The translations under genes were made by a program, and so were the position numbers. This document shows positions 13,448 to 25,750 of a stretch of DNA of 64,000 bases, piece after piece. The notes under the pieces are model-generated. The model was not told the origin of the DNA and ran no database searches. It saw only the letters and a program-made list of their open reading frames with translations. Position 1 is the first letter of the stretch. Each line of letters begins with the position of its first letter. Source of the stretch: Octopus sinensis (lineage: Eukaryota); the NCBI RefSeq assembly GCF_006345805.1, contig NC_043000.1, positions 160,890,001-160,954,000 of the forward strand. The letters run 5' to 3'.

Positions 13448-13630
13448 GGCGGTGAGCTGGCAGAATCATTAGCACGCTTGACAAAATATGTTCTGGGTTC
13501 AATTTCCCCCAAGGTCGAATGTTTTTGGCTTTCATCATTTGGTGGTGGGGTCGTTAAAATAAGCTCTGGAGTCGATGTAATCTACCTACCTATCCCACCA
13601 AATTGCTAGCCTTGTGTCAAAAATCTGAAA
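13448..13630 (+). mobile_element. tRNA-derived SINE, family C (degenerate)
   Basis: Head ggcggtgagctggcagaatcattagcacgc; related to the reverse complements at 21101-21320 and 26693-26900. Confidence 0.75.
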
Positions 13631-14389
13631 CTGATATTAACACTGCCTCTGTTGTTAATTGTTTTTTAATAGTGGTATAATTTCAAAAATTCCATGTAAT
13701 AATCAGCAATTCATTGCACGCTTATATGTAGGTATAATTTCCATGTATTTTAATCTAAACTATAATAAGCATTGTGAACATATTTCGGAATCCTAGCCTA
13801 AGTTCAAACAACAAAAATAACAGAAATAGCAGCAACAGCAAAAATTATAACGGAAATTATTTTCAACCTTTAAAGTTTGCTCAAATCAATTTCCACCCAC
13901 TAAATCAAATTAAATACGCTACTTTTTCCTTTACACCAACACTAAGGAAATCAATGGGTATTTAGCAATTCATTCAGTCGGTTGTAAGTATCATTTGAAT
14001 GTACGATTCTCAAGTTTGAACGTGTATCTTTGGGCACGTGAAATTCAAAGTCATCTTCCTTTCATTTTACAAGCATATTTAGTGCTCAGCATTTTATATA
14101 TGCGAACCGAAAAAATACACGATAAAATAGAAATAAGGAGTAAATTGTTGGTTAGATCTTTACAAATACGTTGCCTAAAATATACTCAGTTGTATGCCAA
14201 TATACACACAAATAACTAAAATATTCTGTCTTATGCCAACATACGCATTCACATACACACGCACACACACACAATGCACGCACGAACGCACACAGGCATG
14301 CACACACACATACATACATGCATTCATACATTCATAGATGCATACATTCAACCAAGTACCTGATGCACAAAATGGATAGAGAAATAGGT

Positions 14390-14930
14390 AAAGCTGTAAA
14401 GTGTGACAACCGATGCAGACTTTGTGGAGTTTACACTGAAGATATCACCCACATCATATGCAGTTGTCCGAAACCGGATATCATCATATGATGTGAAAGA
14501 AAGAAAGTGATAATTCTAGTCGAGTTAACGGTTCCACATGAAGATAACATGGACGCCGTTCGGGCTCGAAGGACTGACCATTATGAAAACTTCCTCCAGG
14601 AATATGAAGACGCAAGCTAAAAAGCGGACCATTTTCCAATCGATGTCGGATGTAGAAGATTCGTTGTGAGGCGATTGTTTTTATCATTAGGCCTAACACA
14701 TCGTAAATCAAATACCACTATGAGTGATATCCAGACTACTATCGAAAAGGCAAGCCACAATATTTGGTTAAAAAGAAACGATGAACAATGGCTAGAAGAA
14801 TATTGAGCGAAATCTGGTAACCACTTGGTCTAGCAAACGGGGCTTGATTTCAAGGAGTGTGAGCCAGTGCACAATGATGCTGTTGAGAGGTAGGTCCCGA
14901 AAAGGCGCGCATTCTCTCCTGATGACCCCA
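14390..14930 (+). pseudogene. 3' fragment of an RLE-type (HERO-like) non-LTR retrotransposon
   Basis: CCHC finger CRLCGVYTEDITHIICSC joined to PDIII*CERKKVIILVELTVPHED...FPIDVGCRRF...EKASHNIWLKR (PD..E..LTVP restriction-like endonuclease). Confidence 0.75.
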
Positions 14931-15502
14931 AAAACTTGCCAGCATCCGGTAGTTCATGGGGTAGATTCAGCTGGTGGCACTTGAATCTGCAATTTCTTTG
15001 CAAAATGTCTAAGAACGTTAAGAAAGAACATATTCTAAGAAACGCTATTTATACATGCTGAAACAATTTAGAAAAATTATGCTTATTAGATTATAGGAAA
15101 AGCAATTATAATTATGTCATTATTCATTATTGAAATATTTAAATGTTTTTATAGTTGTATGAAAACATGGCCTAAATTTTTAATGTGTACCTTAGCAATT
15201 TTTATTTAACGGGTTGATCATTCTATCGAGAAAACATTTTAAGATTTCAAGAGCTCATATTGCGGCTGCAAAGGATAATGACGAAGCCATTTTTATAATT
15301 TCTGTTAAATAATTTTTCCCTAATTTTCTCATATGCATTCAGAGTCTAACCGCTAACATGTACTGGTCATAGGTGCACTTTAACATTAATTGTTTTAGTG
15401 CTACCATAGGAGCAATCTCAAAAACAAAACCAATGAATAAGCCTCTACACAGACATTCGATCTATAAGAATTAGCAACCAAATCTCCTTTAACATCACAC
15501 CA

Positions 15503-15895
15503 GGCGCAGGCGTGGCTGTGTGATAAGAAACTTGTTTCCCAACCACATAATTCCGAGTTCAGTAGCACTACGTGGCACCTTGGGTACTTGTCTTCTACTA
15601 TAACCTCTAGCCTCGAGGCGACCAAAGCCTTGTGAGTGAATTTGATTGACAGAAACGGAAGGAGCCCCATCGTATATATAAATATATATATATGTTTGTG
15701 CATCTGTGTTTGTATCCCCCAACTTCACTTGATAACCGATGTTGTTGTGTTTATGTCCGCGTAATTTAGTGGTTTGGCAAAAGTAACGGATAGAATGAGT
15801 ACTAGGCTTAAAAAGAATAAGTCCTGGGGTCGATTTGTTCGACTAAAGGCGGTGCTCCAGCATGTCCGCAGAAAAATGACTGAAACAAGTAAAAT
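15503..15895 (+). mobile_element. tRNA-derived SINE, family A
   Basis: ggcgcaggcgtggctgtgtg head; same body and tail as the other family A copies. Confidence 0.9.
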
Positions 15896-16149
15896 AATGA
15901 AAGAAAAAAAGGAATATCTTTTCAAGAAAAGTGGGTGCATTAGCATACTGCATAGTTTAATCACAAGCTCAATGTCTTGAAACCGATGGGATATTCAAGG
16001 AAGGAACTTATTTGACCTTGCATGGTAAATAACTTACTCAAGTCTATGTATACATACATGCAAATATACATACTCATATACAGATATACATATATGCAGA
16101 TGTACATACTTATATACAGAAGGCTATACAGATATCCCCACATATATAT

Positions 16150-16598
16150 AAAGTCTTATATTAGTTTTGGCAAAATCGCTCTGAAAGGGGTTTGTCTCCC
16201 GATTTTTAGTAGATTAGCTATCAGCTATCACCATTAACTACATAAACCAACGAGGCAGTGTCTACGTGGTCGTCTAAGCCAAATACCCGCCAAATCTCTC
16301 TCAAATCGCACCAGAGCTTATATAAAAGTACAAAGGGAACATCAGATAATGTGATATTTAACTAAGAGTACATTATCTTAGTTAAATATCACATTATCTG
16401 ATGTTTCCTTTATATTTTTATATAAGCTCTGGCGAGATTTGAGAGAGATTTGGCGGGTATTTCCAATAGCTTAGATAACCACGTGGATACTGCCTCGTTG
16501 GTTCATGTAGTTAATGGGGATAACTAATAGCTAATCTACTAAAAATCGGGAGACAGACGCCTTTCAGTGCAATTTTTCTAAAACTAATATAAGACTTT
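16150..16598. repeat. Foldback palindrome (about 220-bp arms, 8-nt loop)
   Basis: aaagtcttatattagtttt...actaaga / gtacatta / tcttagt...aaaactaatataagacttt; arms differ by scattered substitutions and small indels. Confidence 0.92.
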
Positions 16599-16984
16599 CA
16601 AAATGTCTTCTCTTCACGTGAACAATAACCACAGATTCTCATTGTTGTTTGAATGGTTTGTAAAATGTTGGGAGGATAAGGATTTGATTCATACACCAAC
16701 CAATATTCGTAGCCCACCGGCTTTTCATTATATCAGTTGCTGTTTGGCCATTATTATTCTATAACAGTTCTATTGATTTTCATTGTGGCATTCGATGCAC
16801 GGTTGGCTGTCACATATGATTCGCAGAAAAGTGAAATCACATCATACGGCACTGCCATCCATCTCTGTAGACGATAATTTCTTCAGCTGATATAATCAGT
16901 ATTTAATTAGCTCATATCGTCAAAACTAGATGGTATCTCTCGATGTGTACAGTAGTTCTAGTTGGTCTAATCAATGGTACCGTC

Positions 16985-17218
16985 TGCCAGTGAAATTAAT
17001 ATACAAGTGGCTGAGCACTCCCTGGATACGCGTAACCTTAACGTAGTTCTCAGAGAGTTTCGGCGTTACATAATATGAAAAGGCTGGCCCTTTTAATTAC
17101 AGTTAAAACTCATTTTTTCCTGCTGAGAGGACTGAAGCAGCGTGAAATAAGGTGCTTTACTCAAGGACACAACGCTCTGGAGGGAATCGAACTCACGACC
17201 TTACGATAGTGAATCGAG
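16985..17218 (-). mobile_element. tRNA-derived SINE, family B
   Basis: Minus strand gtggctaaatggttaaagt...gtgagttcgattccc (boxes A and B) followed by gttgtgtccttgagtaaagcacctt. Confidence 0.75.
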
Positions 17219-17837
17219 TACTTTAACCATTTAGCCACTCATATATACATACACTCCTCGGTATTCAATTATTCATTTATTTACTCATGTACACGCACAT
17301 ACAGATATAAATGCAAATGTATTTATATAGCGCACACATTGGCGCTTACTATTTATGGAAGTGCATATATTCCTATGCAAACATAATTAAATATCCACAT
17401 TAAAATTGAAGACATATTCATCTTCAAAATAAAATAACAGACAGAAAAATAGGAAATGTAAAATATAGCAATATGTTCGTAATAAATGAGTTGGCATATA
17501 GGTATTAAGAGTCACAAAATATATTAACGAGGAGTTTAAGTAGAAAGAAATACCTAAACGTTATAGCTTGATATAAAAAAATAATATATCCTAAAATTCA
17601 TTGTAATTATATCAGTATTATAGTATTATAGCTCTGATCATGAAAATAGGTGAAGGTAAATTTTCATCTGTACACTTATTGTATTTGGAAAATAGAAAAG
17701 AATTTAATTTGTGGCAGTTCATAATTATCTCATGTTTGGATTTTAGCAAATTACTTCGAGTGTCACTCGGCAGATATTTCGACAACCTTGATAAGTATTA
17801 GCAGAATTTAGAATGGACTATTCTAAATTATAAGATA

Positions 17838-18236
17838 CTAGCAGTATCGCCCGGCGTTGCTCGGGTTTGTAAGGAAAATAACTATATAAGCATTTTTAGA
17901 GATGTAAAGTATAATAGCCATCTCAATATGGCTAACCACAAAGGGGGGGGGGTGTTACTGTAGCTTTTTACGTTCTGAGATTTAATAATAAATTTTTAGA
18001 GAGTTACTTCCTTTATATATGCCAAAAATGCATCAAAAATGGGAAACATTGATGGTAAATTTCTTTTTAAATCGTAGACTCATCGTAGACGCGCGCTAAT
18101 ACCCAGAAGGGCTTGATATGAATCACGACTATAAGATACCCGGTTTTGGTTAAACTGCACCGCAAAATGTGGGAGTAGTTAGGAATCTAAATCGTAGGAG
18201 ACAGACAGCACACAACCTTACTTTTATATATAAAGA
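17838..18236 (-). mobile_element. Non-autonomous Helitron (399 bp)
   Basis: Minus strand A|TCTTTATATATAAAAG...CCCGAGCAACGCCGGG-CGATACTG-CTAG|T: 5' TC, subterminal GC hairpin, 3' CTAG, A/T insertion site, no TSD. Confidence 0.85.
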
Positions 18237-18539
18237 TTTTTGCTTTTGGTTTCAGATTCAAAATATTTTTGGCAAGAGATTGACTAAGAAAATACTAAGA
18301 AAATTAATAGTAATGCAAGTAAAACATTTTATTTAAATATTACATAAGGAACTAATATTTAGAAGAGTTATAGGTTTTTTTACCTGTTCATTTAGAAACA
18401 TCATTTATGGTGTTTGCAGAAATCATTGAGTAAGCGATAAGCTTCTGCCCAACAATAAAATAGATATTATTTGGGTTTGGCAAGGAAGAATTATTAGAAA
18501 TAGATAGGAATTGTTATCTTTGATATTAGAAGAAATATT

Positions 18540-19377
18540 GGATCTTTTCCTTTTGAACGGCAATTTGTAACATAATTTCTAGTTAACTAAACACTTTTAA
18601 ACTGGTAGAATGTGTTTATAAAACATCATTTTCTCTTGGCTTTATTGAGAAAATTCTATAGTTTGTAAGATATTTCGTCTGAAATTTCGAGCATTTCGGC
18701 AATTTTAACCAATCGCTGGAATTCATTTAGGTAAACAACATTCCGTGCTGTATGAATACGTCCCACCGTTAAGAAACAGATTGGGTCTATTTACATTTGT
18801 GAAGAAAAAAAGATACCCTTCCCCAACCCCTAACCCTAACCCTAACTAACTCTCACCCTAACTAACTCTCACCCTAAATCTAAAATAGATTGAAATGCAA
18901 TAGATCGATACTAGGGCCATAATTATAGGTGACATTTTCATTTGACACCGCTAGAAAAAATCCCATTTTCCGAGCGGTGTCGTATGAAATTGTCACCCAT
19001 AATTATGGCCCTAGTATCGATCTATTGCATTTCAATCTATTTTAGATTTAGGGTGAGAGTTAGGGTTAGGCTTAGGGGTGGGGGAAGGGTATCTTTTTTT
19101 CTTCACAAATGTAAATAAACCCAATCTGTTTCTTAAAGGAGGGACATATTCATACAGCACGGAATGTTGTTTACCTAAATGGGCTCCAGCGATTGGTTAA
19201 AATTGCCGAAATGCTCGAAATTTCAGACGAAATATCTTACAAACTATAGAATTTGCTCAATAAAGCAAAGAAAAAAATGATGTTTTATAAACACATTCTA
19301 CCAGTATACGAAGTTTAAAAGTGTTTATAGTTAACTAGAAATTGTGTTGAAAAGTGCTGTTCAAAAGGAAAAGATCC
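18540..19377. mobile_element. 838-bp foldback DNA transposon (Merlin-like) with internal telomeric hexamers
   Basis: Terminal GGATCTTTTCC / GGAAAAGATCC, arms of about 410 bp, exact 8-bp TSD GAAATATT (18532-18539 and 19378-19385). (CCCTAA)n in the left arm, TTAGGG-like repeats in the right arm. Confidence 0.85.
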
Positions 19378-20665
19378 GAAATATTGTTATCATTACTGTT
19401 ATTAATGTTTGTGATATTATCACTAAAAGTACCAGTTTTATTAGTATGACTACTTTTTCTCTTTCTGAGTTTACGATTGACATCGATAATATTATAAGTA
19501 TTATAGTCAGCAGAACAATTATTTCAAATATTTAGAATAAATATCATGCTCATTTTATAGATTTTGCAACAGTAGCGGCTAAATTAAGCATAGCTCAATA
19601 AGAAGATTTAACGATTGACGAATCGATAATTTCAAATATCAAAATGTAAGAAGATCCTTTCTTACCTTTTGGCTTTTCTTTTTTTTTTTTTTACCATCAC
19701 AATATATTGAATTACCTAACCAGATTTATCCCAAACGGATACATAGGTTTTTTGTTATTTTTTTTTTATTAATTCGACCCGTTGGATGGATTAAACTATC
19801 TGATGGTTCATCTATTTGCAAGGAGACATAGCTTATGGTCTTTGAAGAAACAGTGAGAAGTTCCTAGTCTAACCCCCTCAGTCCTGCCCGCTAAATTAAG
19901 TCTAGTGACAAGTTTGTATTCCAAATTATTTATGTAATTAAGTGCATTCGAACCCGCTTTTTTATAATTATGTAGTCCTTTCATCATGACATTATCAAAT
20001 GCGGCTGTATTCATAGAGTATAAGTTGCCAGTTTTGTTAGAAGACAAAAGCAAAATATCAGAATAGTAAAATTACAGTTTCTTTTGTAAAAGTCATTATG
20101 TCAGTTATCATTATCATTCCTTCTCGTTCGATATTAAATCCAATAAATATTTTTCAAAGTTACGAAATGGGAACTTATAAGGATTTAAAATCATATGCTT
20201 CAGACCGTTATTGCCTCCGGTTCGTTTTGTTGTCTTCTTATCATAGAATTTAGCTTCTGAATTAACATCTTCATATAAAAATCACTTTCTTAGTGTTGGT
20301 GTATTTTTAGGGAGACACCAAAAAATTACTTTTTCCATATCTGTGTAGTTTATCTTGGGAGCGCCCAAAATAAAGGAACACTTGTATCCATACGAAGAAC
20401 TGGTGAGTAAGCTTCAATATGTAAATCTATGGCACTTAGGAACTTAAAATACTAGATTGCCAAATATCAGCGAGTTATTACATTGCAGTAAGTCCGAAAG
20501 AGACAGACTTGTTTGTATATATATGTACATAATCAGCTAAAATATATATACAGTAATACCTCGCCATATCGCGGTTCGCCTATCGCGGTTTATTATTTAA
20601 GCTTACGCAGATTCCTCCGTGGTGTCGTTTTGCATTTATAATAAAATAAATATATACACATTATA

Positions 20666-21050
20666 GGCGCAGGAGTGGCTGTGTGGTAAGTAGCTTGCTA
20701 ACCAACCACATGGTTCCGGGTTCGGTCCCACTGCGTGGCATCTTGAGCAAGTGCCTTCTGCTATAGCCCCGGGCCGACCAATGAGTGGATTTGGTAGACG
20801 GAAACTGAAAGAAGCCTGTCGTATATATGTATATATATATGTGTGTTTGTGTGTGTGTGTGTTTGTCCCCCTAGCATTGCTTGACAACCGATGCTGGTGT
20901 GTTTAATGGTTCGGCAACGAGACCGATAGAATAAGTACTGGGCTTACAAAGAATAAGTCCCGGGGTCGATTTACTCGATTAAAGGCGGTGCTCCAGCATG
21001 GCCGCAGTCAAAATGACTGAAACAAGTAAAAGAGTAAAAAGTAAAAGAGT
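20666..21050 (+). mobile_element. tRNA-derived SINE, family A
   Basis: Full head ggcgcaggagtggctgtgtggtaagtagc; (GTAAAAGA)n tail; attata duplicated at the flanks. Confidence 0.92.
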
Positions 21051-21100
21051 ATTATAAAAATAATTTTAAAAATATACAGTACTGTTTCGTATTTTATTAT

Positions 21101-21320
21101 TTCCCACAAGGAGCTAAACATAGAAGGGACAAACAAGGACAGACAAACGGATTAAGTCGATTAATCGACCCCAGTGCGTAACTGGTACTTAATTTATCGA
21201 CCCCGAAAGGATGAAAGACAAAGCCGACCTCGGTGGAATTTGAACTCAGAACGTAACGGCAGACGAAATACTGCTAAGAATTTCGCCTGGCGTGCTAACG
21301 TTTCTGCCAGCTCGCCGCCT
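21101..21320 (-). mobile_element. tRNA-derived SINE, family C
   Basis: Minus strand aggcggcgagctggcagaaacgttagcacgcc...gttctgagttcaaattcc (box B); AAT-rich tail. Confidence 0.88.
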
Positions 21321-21400
21321 GTTTCTACTTAGCGGATTTTCACCTATCGCAGGATGGGGTGGAACGTAACCCCCGCGATAATCAAGAGACTACTGAATAG

Positions 21401-21438
<38 letters not shown>

Positions 21439-21639
21439 TGTGCATATGTGTGTGTGTACATTTGTATGCAGTTTAATCTATGTTAGTTATTACTACTTAA
21501 TTCTAATTGTAATATTTTTTCATGAGGGAAAAATTAGCAGTAAATGTAGATAAGACATATTGTAACGATAATAATAACTGTTTATATAACTGATCTGAGA
21601 TCGTCAGCCACACGAATATGTTTACATTGTCGGCATATC

Positions 21640-21990
21640 CCGTCTCATTCTTTTAGTTCTTTCACTCATTGAACTTCGGTCACGCTGGGGCACCAAAACT
21701 TATTCTTTCGGTGTATTTTTGCAACTCTTAGACTACGAGGACATAGACAAACCAACACCGGTTTCAAGCGATCGTGTGAGACAAATGCAAACACAAAATC
21801 ACACAAGTCCACATATGCGCACGCGTGCGCACATATATGTATATGCGACGGGCTTCTTTCAGTTTCCATCTACTAAATCTACTCACAAGGCTTTGGTTTA
21901 TTCGGAAATATTGTAGACACTTGTCCAAGTTTCTACACAGTAGGACTAAACCCGAATCATACCACATAGCCACTAATAGCTTTAATCCAA
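21640..21990 (-). mobile_element. Degenerate SINE, family A
   Basis: gacgggcttctttcagtttcc.tctac core shared with family A. Confidence 0.65.
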
Positions 21991-23012
21991 GAAATATGAC
22001 AAACAGTAGATCAGTATGTATCGATCTCACTATGCTACTGTTTTGAATTTAAATAGGCTTTTGTGAGACTTCTAAGTCGCTCGGATCGCTAGAAATAGGA
22101 ACCAAATCTCCTGCAAATGAAAGCTTATAATCTTGGAAAGAGACATGAAATTCACCTTATTTCTTTTTCCTGGATGCACTGTTTGAACCAGACTAGGATG
22201 TTTGATCACAGGTCAACACGGTGAGAGTGTAAACCACTGATCACCAACCTGGATTTGTGTAAACCCAAAATATTTGTGAAAATCCAGCGATGGCCTCTGA
22301 CGATTCGGTTACAATATTTGACAAGGTATTTTATTAAAATTATTAATATTAATATTAGGCATATTTAGGCATATTGGTATTAGAGAGAAACATTTCTGCC
22401 TTAAGAGATATTGCATTTTATAAACAATATCAAAACGACTTTGTTCTCTGAAGACTGAGAAAAAGTACAATTCTCAAGATAAAATAATGTGACATGTTTA
22501 TATTATGTTCGCCAAATCATGGAATGAGATAATTTTGTTTATTTCTATGAATTTTCATTGCTAATTTACTGATGATTATTTAAAATAATCAAACGTTTTA
22601 TTCAAATCGCATAATATTGAAGAATAATGTGAAGCACAGACTTTCTTTTGATATAGAATTTTGTTTCATATTTAATTTTCGATTGACGTCAGATGAATTT
22701 GTAAACTCTCGAGAGAAGGTAAAATAGTTCTTTGTTGGAACGTTTGCTCTCCAGGCACATCACATAAAGCTATAAATAGTATAGAGATTTTGGGTTAAAA
22801 AACTCTTTTCACAGATGAATAGAGAGATGCGAATGATTCCTCTGGCCCTTGGTAAAATGCCGGTTAGGTTTACAGGAAATGTTAGTTCGAAACCCACGGA
22901 CAGTCAACGTCAGTTTCTATTCTAAAATGTTTTTCAGTTTAATATTTGCATGTTATTATTTATAACGTATGTGATGTGAAGAGCGTTATGTCATCAATAT
23001 AATCGGCTTCAC

Positions 23013-23410
23013 TCAAGCAGGTGGCCGGATATGTTCTGCTTCTAGATTTCTGTATAGATCTTTGTGCTGATCTATTGAGGTACGCAATACATAATCGAGG
23101 AACCGAATGAACAAGTAAGGAGCTAGTGTGTCACCCTGCAGTACTCCTGCACGAACACCGAAGAAGTCAGGATCTCCATCTGAGGACTGCACTTTTGCTC
23201 GGGTGTCTTTATACAGCATCATTACTGCCTTCATTGTTTCATCAGGGATTCCATACGCCCCATGAATTTCTGCCATCTTATCTCTGTGTACAGAGTAAAT
23301 GGCCTTGGAAAAATGAGCAAAGAGCAGAATTGCATTAAGGTTTTTGGCTCGTATTCCTTCCAGCATCCTCCTAATTGTGATAATCTGACCAAATGTAGAG
23401 CGGCTCTTTT
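23013..23410 (-). pseudogene. Inverted 5' segment of an RTE-type LINE (RT motifs)
   Basis: RSTFGQIITIRRMLEG...HFSKAIYSVHR...GVLQGDTLAPYLFI...LDYVLR. Confidence 0.85.
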
Positions 23411-23417
23411 TTTGATT

Positions 23418-23930
23418 TTCAATATTAAATCTCGCGTTGCTAAGGCTTGGGCAGCTCTAGACTGTCTTAGAACAATTTGGAAGTCAACCCTACCAAATAA
23501 ATTGAGCAGTTGTTGAATCTGTGCTTGTATATGGATCTCCGACCTGGACTCTCATCAAGAGACTCAGGTGCATGCTGGATGGTGCCTACACCAGAATATT
23601 GCGTGCAGTACTTAATATCTCTTGGAGGGAGCACCCAAAACTACAACGGTTATATGGAAATGTACCAACTCTCTCATTAACCATCCAAGAACAGAGATTG
23701 AGATTTGCTGGCCACAGCTTTAAAAGTAAAGAACTTGTAAGCAATGTGTTGCTGTGGGCACTAAATCATGGTACCACAACGGCTGGAAGACCACGGAAGA
23801 CGTATATACAACAGCTTGTAGAAGATGTTGGATGCTAAGTTGAAGACCTAAAAACACTAATAGAAGATCGAGAGGGATGGAGAGAGGTAGTCAGGTTGGC
23901 CCGGGCAATCAGCCTGACTAGATGATGCCT
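23418..23930 (+). pseudogene. 3' segment of the same RTE-type LINE
   Basis: NIKSRVAKAWAAL...SVLVYGSPTWTL...RLRFAGH...GRPRKTYIQQL...DREGWR; ends in a gatgatg tail. Confidence 0.85.
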
Positions 23931-25249
23931 CATCTTATGTACGTACCTCGAGAGACAGTGATTCAAAAGAGAAGGAAATTTCAATTGTTTTAAAGAAATA
24001 AAGGAATATGCTTTTGTTGTATTCTGAGAGGAGATCATTATGCTAATAATAAACGGACACACACTGGTTCAATTTCACTTCTCTATTATTCTTCAACTGA
24101 TTAGCTAGTTAACCAATAGATTGTTTGATTTATCAAAATGAATCAGTAAGTTATGTTTGCCAAAGACTTTTCGTGGCCATCCATGACCTTTTCATCGACA
24201 TGCACTCTCTATTCTTGGTCAAGCTAATTAATCGACATATAATAAATAAATGAAATAGAACCAGTCCGTGTGCTTATTATTGCCATTGTGACCTTCTTGA
24301 GATCAAAACAAATCTGTTTCAACACAGACGTTACCAACAATTTTTCAAATCAAATACAAAGAAAAAGAAACAAATAAAGATGTTCGTTTCAAACGTTTGG
24401 CCATTTTCGGTTGATAGTCAAAACTAAATTTATTTTTTCTTGTTTTTTCTGGTGAAAAATCGGATCTTTCTAATTTTCGTGATGATTGAACAATTATATG
24501 ATTAACTTATTTTGCTTAGATGTAAGTACATTTTAGGATATAATGTTTTCAAAATTGGAGATAAATGCTTCTGATAAATTTCTGAATTAATATATTTACT
24601 GATGCCTTAAAATGAATATATTTTCTAATCTTACTAAATTAAGCAAAATAAGACAATTTTATTTAATTCTATTTCACAATACGTTTTCTTTTCTATTATA
24701 GATATACCTCATAGCAAAATATCATCAAATAAACTTAACGATTATCTTCGTCAAAAGTGTGTGGCATAGAAAGCAAATACGACGCTGGTAACATTGAGAG
24801 ACAATTGCCGAAGAACATTGATCAGAAGCATAATTCATATTTCCTTGTAGATCAAAAGAATAAGACATCCTTATATCTAATATCTTCAGTATTGTTGATC
24901 GCTTGCGATGTAAAAATTTTCATCTTCTACTGAGCTGAAAACTCATTTTCAAAAACATCATAAATCTGATAATAAATCTTGGGCACATACTGATAAATTG
25001 TACATACTAACAATAAATTTTGGTATCTATTTTACTAAAATGAGAATTAGGAACAACAGTTCACTTTTCCGAACCTCCTCTTTTTTCGCTACTTAATAAA
25101 AAGCATGTATTTACAGAAGATAAAACGAAAGGCAAGCCAACCCTTTTTATTGCAGAAAGGTTAATAGTAAATATAAAATATTAAGACTAAATGATGTTGC
25201 TCTCAGGTTGTACAGTCACATGAAAGAGCTTGCAACTTGTGCGAGAATT

Positions 25250-25750
25250 TAAAAGAACTAGTTTTGTATGGAATGAACAATTCTGCGTTATCAAAGACCT
25301 ATAAGTAACTGCACGATGTTGCACTTTATGTACAGTTTCGAAATATTTATGACGCTATACACAATATAGATGAGTGTTATATATGGTATATGACCATTAC
25401 AGAGAAAACATCTAGAGAAGCTATTTTCAATTAGCACTGCATTATTTCCGTAGAAGCATTAATTACAAAGGCACTATGTGTACAAAAGCAAATGAGTCAA
25501 CTCGAGAAAGTATTTGGTGCTATACTTTTTGTAGCATAAAACTGCATCCAAAACAATACCATATATTTCAGAGACCACAAGAAGAGTTGGATGCTGAATG
25601 CACAACTTGGCTGCTACATCCTCTAGATCGGTGACTCTCAAGAGAAAAGTCCTGGTTCAGGTTTTAGAACTTTGCAAGGAAATCCTTGCATGTTCATCAT
25701 TATGAAGACTGGCTTTGTTACTTTTTTTCTATCACTAAAAATGGGTTCAT
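25250..25750 (+). pseudogene. Degraded hAT (Buster/Charlie/ZBED5-like) transposase fragment
   Basis: HCIISVEALITK (cf. HCIIHREAL) and EELDAECTTWLLHPLDR*LSREK (cf. EEMDAEH..LLLHTEVRWLSRGK). Confidence 0.55.

Larger units (their letters stand above)
17400..20420 (-). pseudogene. Near full-length decayed Penelope-like element (RT plus C-terminal GIY-YIG), interrupted by two later insertions
   Basis: Minus-strand motifs in order: YDFKSL, NFEKYLLDLISN, SNKTGNLYSMN, CFFKDHK, FNPS, FDI, then after the insertions SILNSANTYQG..CR and LLKSKHEIIMNCHKLNSFL. Confidence 0.7.
20551..21395. mobile_element. Tigger/pogo-like MITE carrying two nested SINEs
   Basis: TA|CAGTAATACCTCGCCATATCGCGG ... CCCGCGATAATCAAGAGACTACTG imperfect TIRs; about 230 bp once the SINEs are removed. 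Confidence 0.65.

Noticed and set aside
14436-14480. CTGAAGA...GAAACCGG as a hammerhead
   Set aside because: Helices I and II do not pair, and the sequence is explained as coding (EDITH...PKPDI) of the HERO-like fragment.
18822-18876. True telomere or chromosome-fusion scar
   Set aside because: The few degenerate hexamers are mirrored within a TSD-flanked foldback transposon.
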